Source of the DNA: Marsupella aquatica
Taxonomy: Eukaryota > Plantae > Marchantiophyta
NCBI GenBank assembly: GCA_973895155.1
Contig: OZ316891.1
Span: 26,901,972 to 26,965,971, forward strand
Reading direction: 5' to 3'
Length of the DNA stretch: 64,000 nt
Below the pieces are notes generated by a model that saw only the letters and a program-made list of their open reading frames with translations, did no database searches and was not told the origin of the DNA. How positions within the stretch are numbered: the stretch's first letter is position 1; each line of letters starts with the position of its first letter. Below, in pieces: positions 39,570 through 51,843 of the stretch. A program made the position numbers and the translations under genes.

Positions 39570-40045
39570 ATCAAATTTGTTTTATCAGACCGTCTATTTG
39601 CCTAAGTGCACCGTGTAAACGAGCATCTCCACCCTTCACTAAAATTGGAAAAGGCCTTGTTCAACCGAGTGTTCAATCCATCCATTTACTGTAATGTGAT
39701 CCAGATATATAATATTTGTATGAGACAGCCATTGTGCCTAAATCCACTGTGTATAAGAGCATGTATGACCCTCCTCTGAAATGGAAAAATTCATGTCCAA
39801 CCCGTCTATTCACTGTAATGTGATCCAAATAATTTGTTTTTATCAGACTGTCATGTTGGCTAAATGCACCATGTATCACAGAATCTCCAATCCTTCAATG
39901 AAATGGAAAAAGCCATGTCCAACCATCCATTCACTGTAATGCTATTCTTGCCTAAACCACTGTGTATCAGAGCACCTCCAACCCTTCACTAATTTAAAGT
40001 GGAAAAAGTCATGACCAACCTGTCCATTCACTATCATGCAATCCA
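39570..40045. repeat. Degenerate tandem repeat, ~100-135 bp unit x4
   Basis: Recurring CTAA...CAC.(G/A)TGTA...GAGCA.CTCCA.CCTTCA...TGGAAAA...CATGTCCAACC...CCATTCACTGTAATG. Confidence 0.8.
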
Positions 40046-40549
40046 CATTTTGGCAGAGTACTGTTCGCAACAAGTAGTGTTACTCATACTAATTTGAGTG
40101 AAAGAACACTGTGGGCTCTACTCATAAATCAATTCCACTAACACTAATTCTGCATTCATGAATTAATGTTACTTTGGACTAGTGGGAAAAAAACTATTTT
40201 GAAAACTTGAGAAGGATTAGTGCTACTTTGGACTCAAGGTCATGTTCACCAAAATACTTTGTAGTAACACTAACTTTTGCATAACACTTATTGCGTTAAA
40301 CAGTGTAGATTTTCTGGTAACTCAAACTGTATTTGGGGCAAAATACAGTCCTAGCTTGAACACCAGTGCTTATGCACAGGAAGGGCTCCCCATGTTCACG
40401 ATCCCCATGCCCATTGTTACCTTGTATGTAAAGATCCCCACGCCCATTGTTACCTACAAAATATTTTATCACCATATAATTTATGGCCTCTGACTTATTG
40501 TACGAAGTAGGCCATGAATGATAACCTTTGATTCTGAATCTAGTATAGA

Positions 40550-41060
40550 CTAGCCCGATGCTTGAGTACGTGTGCGTAGCACAAAAGATGTTGAGGTGAG
40601 AAAAATGTCAAGGTGAGATAAAGATGTCGAGATGAAAAATATCTCAATGAAAGAAAAAGATGTTGAGGTGAGGAAAGGAAGTCAAGGTGAGAAAAACATG
40701 TCAAGGTCGAGAGAAAAGATGGCAAGGTGAGAAAAAGACATAAAGATGAGGAAAAAATGTCAAGGAGAGAAATTAAGTTGAGGTTGAGGGAAAGATGTCG
40801 TGGTGAGAAAAAGATGGTGAGATGAGAAAAATATATGATGTCAAGGTGAGAAAAGATATCGAGGACCGGTGAGGGAAACGATGTCAAGCCAAGTGAGAAA
40901 TAATCTCCAGGAGAGAAAAATATCTCAATGGTGGGCAAATATGTAGTGATGAGACAATGAATGATGTCAATGTGAGAAAAAGATGTCAAGGCAAGGTCAA
41001 GAAGTTAAGGAGAGATAAATACGTAAGATCAGAAAAATATGTCAAGGCGATGCAAAAACA
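40550..41060 (-). mobile_element. Helitron-like 3' end plus ~18-19 bp minisatellite array
   Basis: On the minus strand the AAAGATGTCAAGGTGAGAA-type array is followed by GTGCTACGCAC...GCATCGGG-CTAG|T (CTAG at 40550-40553). Confidence 0.65.
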
Positions 41061-42371
41061 CATAAGCTTTGTAATGTAGTTGTTGAGGCATGATATGTGT
41101 GATTCCTACCATGTAGTTGTTGTGGTCGTGCTCAATAACCTGTGCATTGAACAGAGAAATTGGAGACACGATAAAACGCTCATCGCATCATAGAGTCCAA
41201 ACATAACTAAGTGACAGGAATTTATTTCTTTTTAAGTTTTAAATTTTTAAGAAATATATATTCTATATTCTATATTTTTATTTTTATATAATTTAAAAGT
41301 TTTACAAAACTTTTCAAACTTTTTTTACAATTATTTTAGTTTAGATTAATTTAATGTAAACAAATTTAATTATTTTTCAATTAAGGTTTTTATCTTGGGC
41401 AGGTAAGGGCAGGGTAAAGGGGAGTTTGGGCAAACATTTATTTTAGAACGAGGTTTATGGATAGATCTGACTATATTGAAAAACAATATTTTGATGAAGG
41501 TGGGTGGTTAGTTCTTGTTTTTTCTTCTTGCTTGGAAAACAGGGGTCACCAAATAATTCACTTTTGGTTTATTCTTTCCATTTTTAGGTTTTCATTTTTT
41601 CACCCAAAAAAGAACGCCAAATTTGAATGACGACCACTGCATTTTTTGGCGCAACATTTTTGGCACAACAATGTATTATAATTTTTGATTGACTTTATAC
41701 TGGGTTTGTTGTTGGATTTTCAAGACTATATTTTAGGGTGGTGTGAAGTTGACTAGGGACCCCCATGGGAAGCTCCTTCCAAAATCTCTAGCGCCATGTT
41801 GAGCCACATCATATTTAGTCACAAACAGGAACATGATGTTCTCTACAAGAAACAAACAGAACTATTCATGTTTGATGCAAGGCAAGGAAAAACAGTTATA
41901 GTTAGTAGCAGTACAAAGATCAAAAATTAGAAAAATAAGATTTAGAACAACAAACAATTGGGTAAACATAATTACCCTTTGGATGTCTTTTCAATGATAT
42001 GTTTAAAATACTTTTTTTTTAAATTTTTTTTTGCAAGATTTTGAAAAAACCAACCAACCAAAATATAAATACTTACAATGAAATAGGGAGGCCAGAAATT
42101 TTGGGCAAAAAAATAAACATGGGTTGAATTGGGTGTTCAAATATTGAATCGGGTGTTCAATTGTTTACACATTTCACTTTCACATTCGGAAGATTGCATT
42201 TTTGACATTTTTCATTCATTTTGCCCCTTTTCTTCTTGGGAGAAAGACTGCAATGCTCCCCATTGACAGTGAGCTCCCCAGTCACTTCAAGGTACCCATT
42301 TACATCAATTTGCAGGTAGTTTTCCTTAGGAATGGCTACATAGTTGCAATTTTGAGTTGATTTATGACAGA

Positions 42372-44060
42372 CAAGCCCGATGCCCGTGCGTTGCACGAAA
42401 GATGTCAAGGTGATAAAAGGTGTCGAGAAGAGAAAAGATGTCGAGCTGATAAAAGATGTCAAAGAGAAAAAAATGGCAAGGTGAAAAAAGATGTCGAGGT
42501 GATAAAAGATGTTAAGGGGAGAAAAAATGTCAAGGTGAAAAACGATGTGAAGGTGAGAAAAGAAGTCGAGGTGAGAAAAAGATGTCGAGGTGATAAAAGA
42601 AGTCGAAGAGAGAAATGTCAAGGAGAGAAAAGATGTCAAGGAGAGAAAAGATGTCGAGGTGAGCAAACAATGTCGAGGTGATAAAAGAAGTCAAAGAGAG
42701 AAAAAGATGTCGAGGAGAGAAAACCTGTTGAGGTGAGAAAAATTTGGGAGAAAAACATGACTTGTCCAGGTTCAGAGAAAAGATATTGAGGAGAGAAATA
42801 GATGTTGAGAAAAAAATTGAGGAGAGAAAATATGTCAAGCTGAACAAAAGATGTCGAGGAGAGCAAAATATGTTGAGGAGAAAAACGTGTGCCAAGGAGA
42901 GAAAAAAATGTTGAGCAAGAAAAGATGTAAAGTAAAGCAAACGATGTTGAGGTGAGAAAATAAACTTGACACTTTTCCACCCTTAACCGTGAACGGAAGG
43001 GGCAATATGAAGCCTCTCCCTCCCTCTTTTCCCATCCATGTGCCCTCCCTTCCCTTTTCTCCTTGCCTCTCCCCCTCTTTGTTTTGCTTCCAAGGATTTT
43101 TTTTAGATGATAAACTTCAAATTTTGTAAGACAATTGCGTTGAACGAAAGATGTCAAGGAGAGAAAAAATGCTGAGGTTAGCAAAAGATGTTGAGGGGAG
43201 AAAAGATCAAGGTGAGCGAGATGTTAAGGAGAGAAAAAATGTTGAGGAGAGAAAAAGATTTTGAGGAGAGAAAAGATGTCATGGAGGAAAAGATGTTGAG
43301 TAGAGAAAAAGATGTGGAGATGAGATTGAAATAGATTCCAAGGAGAGGAGAGAAATGGTGTTGAGGAGAGAAAAGATGTTGAGATGAGAAAAACATTTCA
43401 AGGAGACAAAAGATGCTAAGGTGAGCAAAAATATGTCCAGGAGAGAAAAAATATATATGGAGAGAGAAAGATTTTGAGATAAGAAAAGGGTGTTTAGGCG
43501 AGGTAAAGATATCAAGGCAAGAGAAGATGTCATGGGAGGCGACAAAGATGACATAGATGAAAATGTAAGCTACCTAAATACAAATATGAGGACATGTCGA
43601 AGACATTAATACCACACTCATACATATATCAACCTCATCATATAGAACATTGTTGGTCAACCTTGCAAGACCCTCCCCATAATCCGGAAGCAAGACCTTA
43701 ATACTTGTAGAAGATGTCGGGGTGACGAAAAGATGTCCAGGTGAGGAAAAAATGTTGAAGGGAGCAAAAGATATCAAGTAGAGGGGAAGATGTCAAGGCA
43801 ACACAAAGATGTTGAACTGATGCAAAGAAATGTAGGCAAGTGTTCCTGACAATTGAACACCCGATATCAAGTAGAGGAAAAGATGTCAAGACAAAGTCGA
43901 GGTGAGGAAAGTATGTTGAGGAAAGAAAAGATTTTGAGGCTAGGAAAAGATGTGAAGGCAAGACAATGATGTCGAGGCAAGGGATAAATGGCAAGGGAAG
44001 ACAAAGATGTCAAGGCAACGCAAATAAATAAAGGCGAGCTCATTCCCCATGCATTGCACA
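42372..44060 (-). mobile_element. Helitron-like element with long purine-rich ~18-19 bp minisatellite arrays
   Basis: Plus strand CAAGCCCGATGCCCGTGCGTTGCACG (minus: CGTGCAACGCACGGGCATCGGGCTTG|T; hairpin 42385-42397), followed by arrays at ~42398-42960, ~43146-43560 and ~43710-44030. Degenerate hairpin copies at ~43135 and ~44050. Confidence 0.65.
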
Positions 44061-44999
44061 AAAAATATCATTGCATCAATATGTTCTTATATATACAAAA
44101 GCTCAATTGATTGGTAAAGATGTCCTTGTGAAAATCATATTGTTATGCAAAAGATGTTGTGAAGGAAAAATGTCATTATGTCCAAAAATTGTTGTGTAAA
44201 TAATGTTGTTGCATTTAGGGTTTGGTTGCATAAAATAAGTCTTGCTGCAAAAGATTTAGTTTTGTAAACAATAAATGGTTGCCATCTCATATCCCATGCT
44301 CTCGTGGTAGCACAAAGTGAGCAGTTTTTAGTTTTTAAATTTCATTTTAATTTTTGCTGTGCACTAAAACATGCAACTATCCCCTGTTGTTTTACTTCCC
44401 CATCTCTTCTTACTTTTCTCCATGTATTAAACTCTCCATGTGCCAATTTTTCTCTATCCTTCTGCTTATTGCTTGCCGTGTCTTTTGGGGAGTGTACTAA
44501 TTATACTCCAATATTATCTCCATGATAAGAGACCAAAAAGTACATTCTAATTAGCTCCATAATCATTGTACCTTCAAGTACAATTGTCAGCAAGTGTAAT
44601 TAGAGCATGTAAAGTGGTCAGATGAGCCTTGGTTTCTACCGTGGTCACAATCACGTACTTTTTAGTTTGCATGTGAGATAGAAATGAGGGGAGACACTTG
44701 GATGATTTTGGTATCATCCAATGGTCATTAAAAATCTTCTTTTCAATGGACGATCTGGATTCGTTCCTGCCTTTTTAGATATTCGTAAGCAAACGAAGCC
44801 CAGAAATGGGCGGGATTCCATATTATAGAAGTAGATTCCTGTCATGGTAGTAACCGAGAGAGCACAATTGTACGTCATGGTAGCTGAGGACAAGATGTAT
44901 GCTGCATGGAGCTTATATGGCAAGCTTTTGCTAAAGTGTTGTGGTTTATACTGACTTTGGTTTTTGACAATCTTTATATTTGCTGCTCTCAGAAATCAA

Positions 45000-46200
45000 C
45001 TATAGAGCAAGCCCTCAACTGGTAAAAAAGAAAGGTTGGTAAGACTTAATTTTAGATCAGTTCTATTTGGCAGATCGTGCAGACTCAACCATTGGATTGT
45101 CTCATGTTAAATGTACATGGTTCACTTAACCCATGAGCAAAACGAGTGGCAATTTACTAGTTGAACAAAAAATGGTGGCATGATAGTAATTTGGCCAAAC
45201 TAAGATGGCAATGTACCAATTCTCAGTTTCTGCCAAACATACAGTGGGATTTAAATGGAAAATTGTTTGGAATCGTATGCAGTGCATCTGCCAATGAGAC
45301 AGGCACCAGGCCTTGTTTTCTCAGTGTCAGCCCTTTTGGGTAAATCGGTTCTGGTTTCTCCCAGGGTTTCTCCAAGGCTGGTTGCAAAACGTTTGTCACT
45401 CTTGTCTCAATATTGAAGAGTCTCTCTTGCCACTGACCTTTATGTTCATCCTGACAACTATCCTGTGGGGGTGCATTATTCTGAAAAGGGCACAAGTACA
45501 GTAGCTGGTTAACCAGCATTGAACATGATATTCTCTCCGCCTCTACCCTGCCCATGCAGAGTTTTTTTTATAATTTTCATAAATAGGCAACATACCTTAT
45601 GCCAGGCAACTAAGGCGTTCAGCTATATTTTGCTTTTTCAAGTGGGCAAGAGAACTTATCCTAGGAAAGCAAGGTGTTCAACTATGCAGGTCATGGGAAG
45701 CTCAATCATTACAACAGGTTGGGTGACATTTTCCCTGCCTGCCACTTTCCATTTAGGTGATAAATACAATGACGTTCACCATTTTCAAGTGTCAAGGCTT
45801 ATTAGTGTGCAAAGGGCTTTGGTGAACCTCACTTTGGGATGAGGATAGGTACAAAAATTGGTCCATTAATGAAGCTTGAACTTTGCATTTATGTGTATCC
45901 CCTACCTTAAAATAACATTTCAAAAATGTAAAGACATACACCCTCATGTCTTAGCCTTGTGCACAATGGGCAGCAGGTGGTAAGTCAGGACCGGATCGAC
46001 AGCAATTAATGAGTTTCCCAGGAAGCCTTCCCCTTGGGATGGGACTGAGGAACCCTGCCATTTTAATGACAAGAAACCTAAGAAAGATAGCACATAGGAC
46101 CAGAGCAAGCAACAAGAAATAGGACAAGCCCATGCAAACATAGGACAACCCCATGCAGAGTTGTTTGGAAACTTTCTACCACCTTGAAGTTGCTGCTTTA
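45000..46200 (-). mobile_element. Possible degraded LINE 3' remnant
   Basis: Fragmentary zf-RVT-like reading (..FAWACPISCCLLWSYVLSFLG..) with many stops. Boundaries approximate. Confidence 0.25.
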
Positions 46201-46676
46201 AAAGTATGGGCGTTTAATAATGTGCCTCTGGAAAGAAATGATCTGTTTGTCCTCATTTCAAACTAAATGAATAAAATACCCTATTTCTGTGAATAAGTTA
46301 AAACAACTCATGTGGTTAAGCATATGGCACTGCGGATGGGAGACGGAAGTCACGGAACCAGGATGAGGATTTGTCCTGTTTTATGTCAGGAGTGACAGCT
46401 GTAATGCTCTGAGCCTTGTTTGCACTAATAACATTCTTTAATTAGAAGAAAAACAGAACCAGAATGAGGAAGTAAATCTGACCTCACCTAATAGTACTAT
46501 TTCATTGAGTTTAAAAAGAGGGGTTTTGGTGTTTTCACACATTTGCAAGGCATTGTTATGTAAGTCTGATTAAACCACCACTAGAGATGACAATAACCTG
46601 GTTACACCAGGTTTCACCATGAATAATATTCTTTCCTGAATTTGTGGAGCAATATGGAAGAGAAGATCGAGACTAA

Positions 46677-47100
46677 AGTGAAAAAGAAAGAATTATTGGA
46701 CACTTCCCCTTATATATGGTTAGTGGCAGTTTAAAAGTACTAAGGTGACTGAAGTGAAAAGGAAGAATTATTGGACACTTCCCCTTATATATGGCTAGTG
46801 GCAGTTTAAAAAGTACTAAAGTCAGTATTCGTGCTTTCCTGGTTTTGTTTACACCACCCAAATTTGCAGCAAATGGATTTGGAGGGGTATTCCTGGTGAG
46901 TGCTTCGACCAAATCTTTTAACAACTGGATGTGGCGAATATTTTCTGGTTAGTGTTTTGAGAACACAACTTTTCAGCGAGTGGGTGTGGAGAGTGTTCCT
47001 GGTCAGTAGTTAGAGCACCCAAGTTTTCAGCAACTGGATGTGGAGGGCATACTTGGTTAGAGATTAAACCACCCAAATTTTCAGCACATGGATGTGGTGA
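46677..47100. repeat. Two adjacent tandem arrays: ~75 bp x2 (46677-46820) and ~54 bp x5 (46853-47100)
   Basis: GAATTATTGGACACTTCCC(C)TTATATATGG.TAGTGGCAGTTTAAAA occurs twice. CACCCAA.TTTTCAGCA..TGGATGTGGAG...CTGGT.AG-like units occur five times. Confidence 0.85.
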
Positions 47101-47868
47101 GCTGGTACTTATTAATCATCACAATCTCCTCCCATGGTACAATATACCCGATTATTTGGGATTCTCATACAGTCAATCCAGTTCATTCTGATAATATTAT
47201 CTCAAACCGTTCACAAAGCCGTTAGGGCCGGGGGGGGGGGAGAAACGGTCATTCATCACAATTATTTGTCCTCCAGTTTTCATGCAAATCAAAATTAGAA
47301 CATCAGTACTTCTAAGCAACCATATCAATTTATTTGTTTCTAGATATGGGAAATAATTATGTATTTTTACAGGCAGTGCCCACTGTCCAAATATGTATTT
47401 AACATACAGTGTCCAGTGTGTGCTCAGCCTGGCTACCGTATCGTAATGTACTTCAAAAGTCCTAAACTATAACAATGTCACAACATCATCTACATTATTT
47501 GGACCTACATCCTCGAGGTTCAACCAGCGAGAAATTCATTACAGTAGCTGAATGCCTCTAAGGTTCAATCAGCGAGAAATTAATTACAATAGCTGAATGC
47601 CTCAAATAAAGCACTGGAATGCAAGAATTGTTGTAGATTCCTGGCCAGAAAATAATTGCAGCTTGCTTGTTGCTGCTCTGACTCAACTACTCGGAGCTAT
47701 GAGCTAATCTAAACGAATATATGGCTCTGGCCAAAAACCTACGTAGGACCCATGCAATTTATTTTGACTGGATCCATTTTAATTAGAGCTACTGGAGCTT
47801 ACTACCTGTGAAACGTGAATGGCAATTCGTCCCTTCAACGGGATCTAGTCACTTCCGAGAGATACCCT

Positions 47869-50436
47869 TCAAAGATACATCTCTCCCATGATGAGAACGA
47901 TCAAAGCTGACCATCCTGTAAAGGGGTGAGCACCCTGCCCTTTACCCTGAGCAGCGTTGTCATAATTTTCCCAGATATATCCAGTTTCGTGGAACCGCTG
48001 TACAATGTTCCTGATGAGATTGTGTCGGAATTTTTTGTACAAAGCTGCTGCATGGGTACTGTAAGGCCCCGAATCCTGTGCATAGCTATGCAGGGCAGAT
48101 AGAACAAGGTAGTTTATGTTAATCCAAACTGGACCTCTCCAGTAAGGAGCCTCAAACTCAGAGTTGTATTTCATGTAAATGGAGCTAGTTGTTGCTAATG
48201 AGCGTAGACCATAATCGGTCCACAATAAATCTGGTGATTCTAGCATCTCTAAATGGTCACGTAGAATTGAAGAATCCTTGGGAATTAGTCCCATGAGGAA
48301 GGGGAATAAGCTGTTCAGACCAAATTGTGGAATCCAACCCAATTTAGGAGCCTCCAGCACCTCTCTGCGGAGCACTCTTTGTGAGAGACCTGTCACCTCA
48401 TCCTCAACGTTCTTCCATCTCAACTCGATATTTTCAGAGTGATATCCATAGTCAACATACCTACCTGTCGCCGTGTCATAATGAAGCTCATTGAGGCGGG
48501 TCAGATTTGAAAGTACCCTGAAGGTCTTGTCATAGGTTTCAGTGGATGCAGAAATTACTCGAGCAAACAAGGACATGGACTCAGCTGCAAATGCTATCCA
48601 ACAGCGAAGGTCCACATGTCTCTCATCATCAGTGGGATGAGAAGCCCTAGGATAATCATCCAAGCCCGAAGTCAAGCACTTGGGATTCAACTCAACATCT
48701 GTGTCAGCATCTCTTCCGTGCCAGTAATATGAATCTGGCTCCTTACCAGGTTGGCTTGTGAGGAACCACTCGAACCAGACATCAAGTCTGGGAAATATGG
48801 CCTTGAAAAATTCAGCATCTTCCTTTGTTGCGAGACCCTTCTTCTTGTCAGATTCAAACTTTTTGGCAAGGAATTTCAATACCAGCATGAGTGCGGGGGG
48901 ATTTGCGTTGTCAGTGTATTGGTTGATGTACAGGGCAGGAACCCTGCTCAATGCCTCCTCACCCAAGATTAGCTCACGCGGAATCCAGCCATTGACGTTT
49001 ATTAAATCCAACCAGTTTGCAATGATCTCCATACTAATACTTCGATCCCAACGACTTACCAGAAGTTGATGAAAGCCTTCATCCCACAGAAAACCTCGAG
49101 GAAAAACAGATCGGCTGGGAACCGCAGTGTACAGGCTAGAGGGCCAATAGTCCCAGTGATCGTTACTTTTTGAGGTAGAGTCACGAAATTCAGAGGGGAT
49201 GGCAACCCGGCTTTGCCCATAGAAATAGCCGATACCCCCCAGCATGTTGCTGAGTGCAACCCTCGCAGTTTCGAGTTCCTTCTCCCCGTCTACCTTCTCC
49301 TGAAGTTGAAATGTATCGCGGAATCTGTCTTCAAATGCAAGCTCCTTCTTTGCTATTCTCTTGTCAAGGGCAGCTGCTGTCAAATTCTCGACCCGTGACT
49401 GAACCCCGGCCGAGTCATTCCTAACTCCCGACACAAAAACAAGATCTGCCTCAAACGGCAGTGCTCCTGTCAACTGGATGACACCAATGTTGGAATGTTT
49501 CGCTGAAGAGTCCGGCAATCTCGAGTGGCCCTCTTCGTCCAAAGCCTCCTGCACGACGTGTGTCAGGGTGGACATCGACTGGTGCTGTAATCCAACGTAA
49601 TTCATCCTCACGCCCTCCTGCTTGAATTTAGCATGCAATTGCCAGTCTCCGATCCCGTCACTAGAACCACTCGCAAAAGGGGCATCTGCACGAGTTGTAA
49701 GTACGTGATCTTCCGGCCACAACTTGACTTCAGATCCTGATTCTTCTGCAACGTAGAAGAATACTGATTGTGTCTTGCTCTCACTCTCCGTCCACGGCAA
49801 GGCATCGTTTTCGGCTTCCACTTTGATTCGGGCTACCCAATCTCCTCCAAAGCCACTGCCTTGTTCAGCGCTTTTGAGAAAGTGCGTCGTCACAACCACA
49901 CCTTGATCGACCAACACTTGCCGCCCATACGAAGACCCGTCGTGCCGGATCCAGCTATACCTCGTCATATCATCGTCGATATCGCAATAGTGGCGCAGTG
50001 TCTCTTTCCCATTCTGAAGACTATTCCACATGAGGCCTGCGATCAGCGACTGCGGAGCCCTGGATCGAATGCCCATGTAACAGAATGGGCGATAAGTCCC
50101 CCAAAATAAGCGCTCGCGGTGCTCTCCACCAAATTGGGGTAGATCGGAGACCCGCGGGACAGGAAGGGGAGTGAGCGTCCTTCTCTTACCCTTCTCCATG
50201 ATCTGCAGGTCGACGACAGGATCATCAGCTGCAGCAGTACACGACGGGCTTCCCATGGTTGGAAAGCCTAAGCCTAAGTAAGCTTCACCAACCGCTTCAC
50301 GAACAGCAACGCCAGACCGACGCCTCAGAAACGACCCCGAGCAGAACGAGAAAATCGTCTCAGCTGCTGCAGAGGTCGCCACTCTGCTGAAAGAATTTCT
50401 CGACAACCTGAACGGATCGCTGGAACGAAGGAACAT
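47869..50436 (-). CDS. GCS1: Mannosyl-oligosaccharide glucosidase (glucosidase I, GH63), intronless, no N-terminal membrane anchor
   Basis: Single 855-aa ORF with LFWGTYRP, NMLGGIGYFYGQS, LYTAVPSR..FPRGFLWDEGFHQLL, GWIPRE.ILG, SGLDDYPRASHP..DERHVDLRCW, YWRGPVWININY, TGYIWENY and FTGWSAL. Alternative start MGSPSC at codon 61. Confidence 0.95.
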   Translation of the reverse strand: MFLRSSDPFRLSRNSFSRVATSAAAETIFSFCSGSFLRRRSGVAVREAVGEAYLGLGFPTMGSPSCTAAADDPVVDLQIMEKGKRRTLTPLPVPRVSDLPQFGGEHRERLFWGTYRPFCYMGIRSRAPQSLIAGLMWNSLQNGKETLRHYCDIDDDMTRYSWIRHDGSSYGRQVLVDQGVVVTTHFLKSAEQGSGFGGDWVARIKVEAENDALPWTESESKTQSVFFYVAEESGSEVKLWPEDHVLTTRADAPFASGSSDGIGDWQLHAKFKQEGVRMNYVGLQHQSMSTLTHVVQEALDEEGHSRLPDSSAKHSNIGVIQLTGALPFEADLVFVSGVRNDSAGVQSRVENLTAAALDKRIAKKELAFEDRFRDTFQLQEKVDGEKELETARVALSNMLGGIGYFYGQSRVAIPSEFRDSTSKSNDHWDYWPSSLYTAVPSRSVFPRGFLWDEGFHQLLVSRWDRSISMEIIANWLDLINVNGWIPRELILGEEALSRVPALYINQYTDNANPPALMLVLKFLAKKFESDKKKGLATKEDAEFFKAIFPRLDVWFEWFLTSQPGKEPDSYYWHGRDADTDVELNPKCLTSGLDDYPRASHPTDDERHVDLRCWIAFAAESMSLFARVISASTETYDKTFRVLSNLTRLNELHYDTATGRYVDYGYHSENIELRWKNVEDEVTGLSQRVLRREVLEAPKLGWIPQFGLNSLFPFLMGLIPKDSSILRDHLEMLESPDLLWTDYGLRSLATTSSIYMKYNSEFEAPYWRGPVWININYLVLSALHSYAQDSGPYSTHAAALYKKFRHNLIRNIVQRFHETGYIWENYDNAAQGKGQGAHPFTGWSALIVLIMGEMYL

Positions 50437-51656
50437 ATCTATTAAGGAGAGGGAAAATTGAATCCGATCTATAAATACATTTCGATCGAGAACGATCCAT
50501 GAACGATGGACACGGTAAAACCACTTTTCATTGCATTGCCTTCATCAATCGTGAGAAGATACCCCGTACTATTTGACGCCGCCGAGCCCATCAATCATCA
50601 TCAATATATTATAACAAACAAATCCTCAGTCTGGTCACTGATGACCAACCCGAACTGCCCTCGCAGAGGAACAGTAGGAGTAGTCTTTCTTCTCTCCCCT
50701 ACCGTCGTCCTACGGCTGGATCACAGAGGTGCACAGGAAACTCATTCCGATTTCTTTCATTCACCGATTGGTGCGTGCAGAGAATCGGAACGGGTGGCAA
50801 ACCACGTATGGAAGGACGCGCAAACTAACATGCTCGACAGTAAGTAATCTCGCGGGATATCTGGGGGTACACGCCTCTTCAACTGTAGAAGGTGCTGCGG
50901 CCTCCCTTCAACTTGTCCAGTGGCCACCAACCCACTGCCTTCTGAGCGGCTACAGAGGCCTAGAAAGCCGAACCACCAGCGGAGTCCAAACGATGACTAG
51001 ACCTCCACTGAGTCCAACACAGTCCCGTAGCACCTTCCACTGATGGAATTGGCGAAGGAGACTGGGGCATTGTTGACGTACAGCAAAGGGCGCACTGAAC
51101 CAGCAAGAAAGTAACGTACATTGGTGCGGTGAACCAGAGAGATGCGCAGAATTACGTACAAGCCAGGCAGGGCGCATTTGTGTAGGACAAGAAAGGTGAC
51201 TCCGTGTACCTCGTGTCACATGTTTTCTTCGGGTTTTCTATTGTCCTCTGTGGTTTCTCTGGTTCTCTTTGGTCCTCTCTGTATATTTTCTTTGGGACTT
51301 TGGTGGTCCGAATCTCTGCATCATTTTCTATCCTTTTCCTTTGGTCTTTTCTCAACAGTGTTGTCTCGTTGTTCTCTAGACTTTGGTGACACTTGTTGGT
51401 TCAGTAAAGTCTTTCACTCGTTTGGATTTTGACTAACCGAGAAAGAAAGGCTAGCAATTGGCTGATTCATATATCAAAGCAATGGTACCAAATCGCCAAC
51501 AATGTGCTGCGTACTACTTACCAGTAAAACTTATTGCTTACTTAGTCCAGATTGTGGGGCGCATATTAAACGCGTTTGAGATTTTTTCTACACCAGCCAA
51601 TCGGTGCACGCATGTCCAAATAAGTAGTCCAGCCAATCGGACATGCGTGTTGAACA

Positions 51657-51843
51657 CAGCGGTTGCTTTTGAAGAGCTACGTGGACACGGTTCTCGACAG
51701 CGGTCTCCTCCTTGTACTCTACTCCAATCAAGGGGTAACAGTCAATCGCGGAGGCTGGGTTACTGATACAGCGGTTACTCTTGAAGAGCTACGTGGACAC
51801 GGTTGTCGAAAGCGGTCTCCTTATTGTACTCTAATCTAATCAA
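51657..51843. repeat. Direct duplication of ~75 bp containing an ABRE/G-box-like TACGTGG
   Basis: CAGCGGTT.CT.TTGAAGAGCTACGTGGACACGGTT.TCGA.AGCGGTCTCCT..TTGTACTCTA occurs twice, ~112 bp apart. Confidence 0.8.

Noticed and set aside
42157-44061. Many ORFs of 60-180 aa rich in F/S/L or K/R/E
   Set aside because: They are translations of the purine-rich minisatellite; the same applies to 10274-10504 and 40540-40989.
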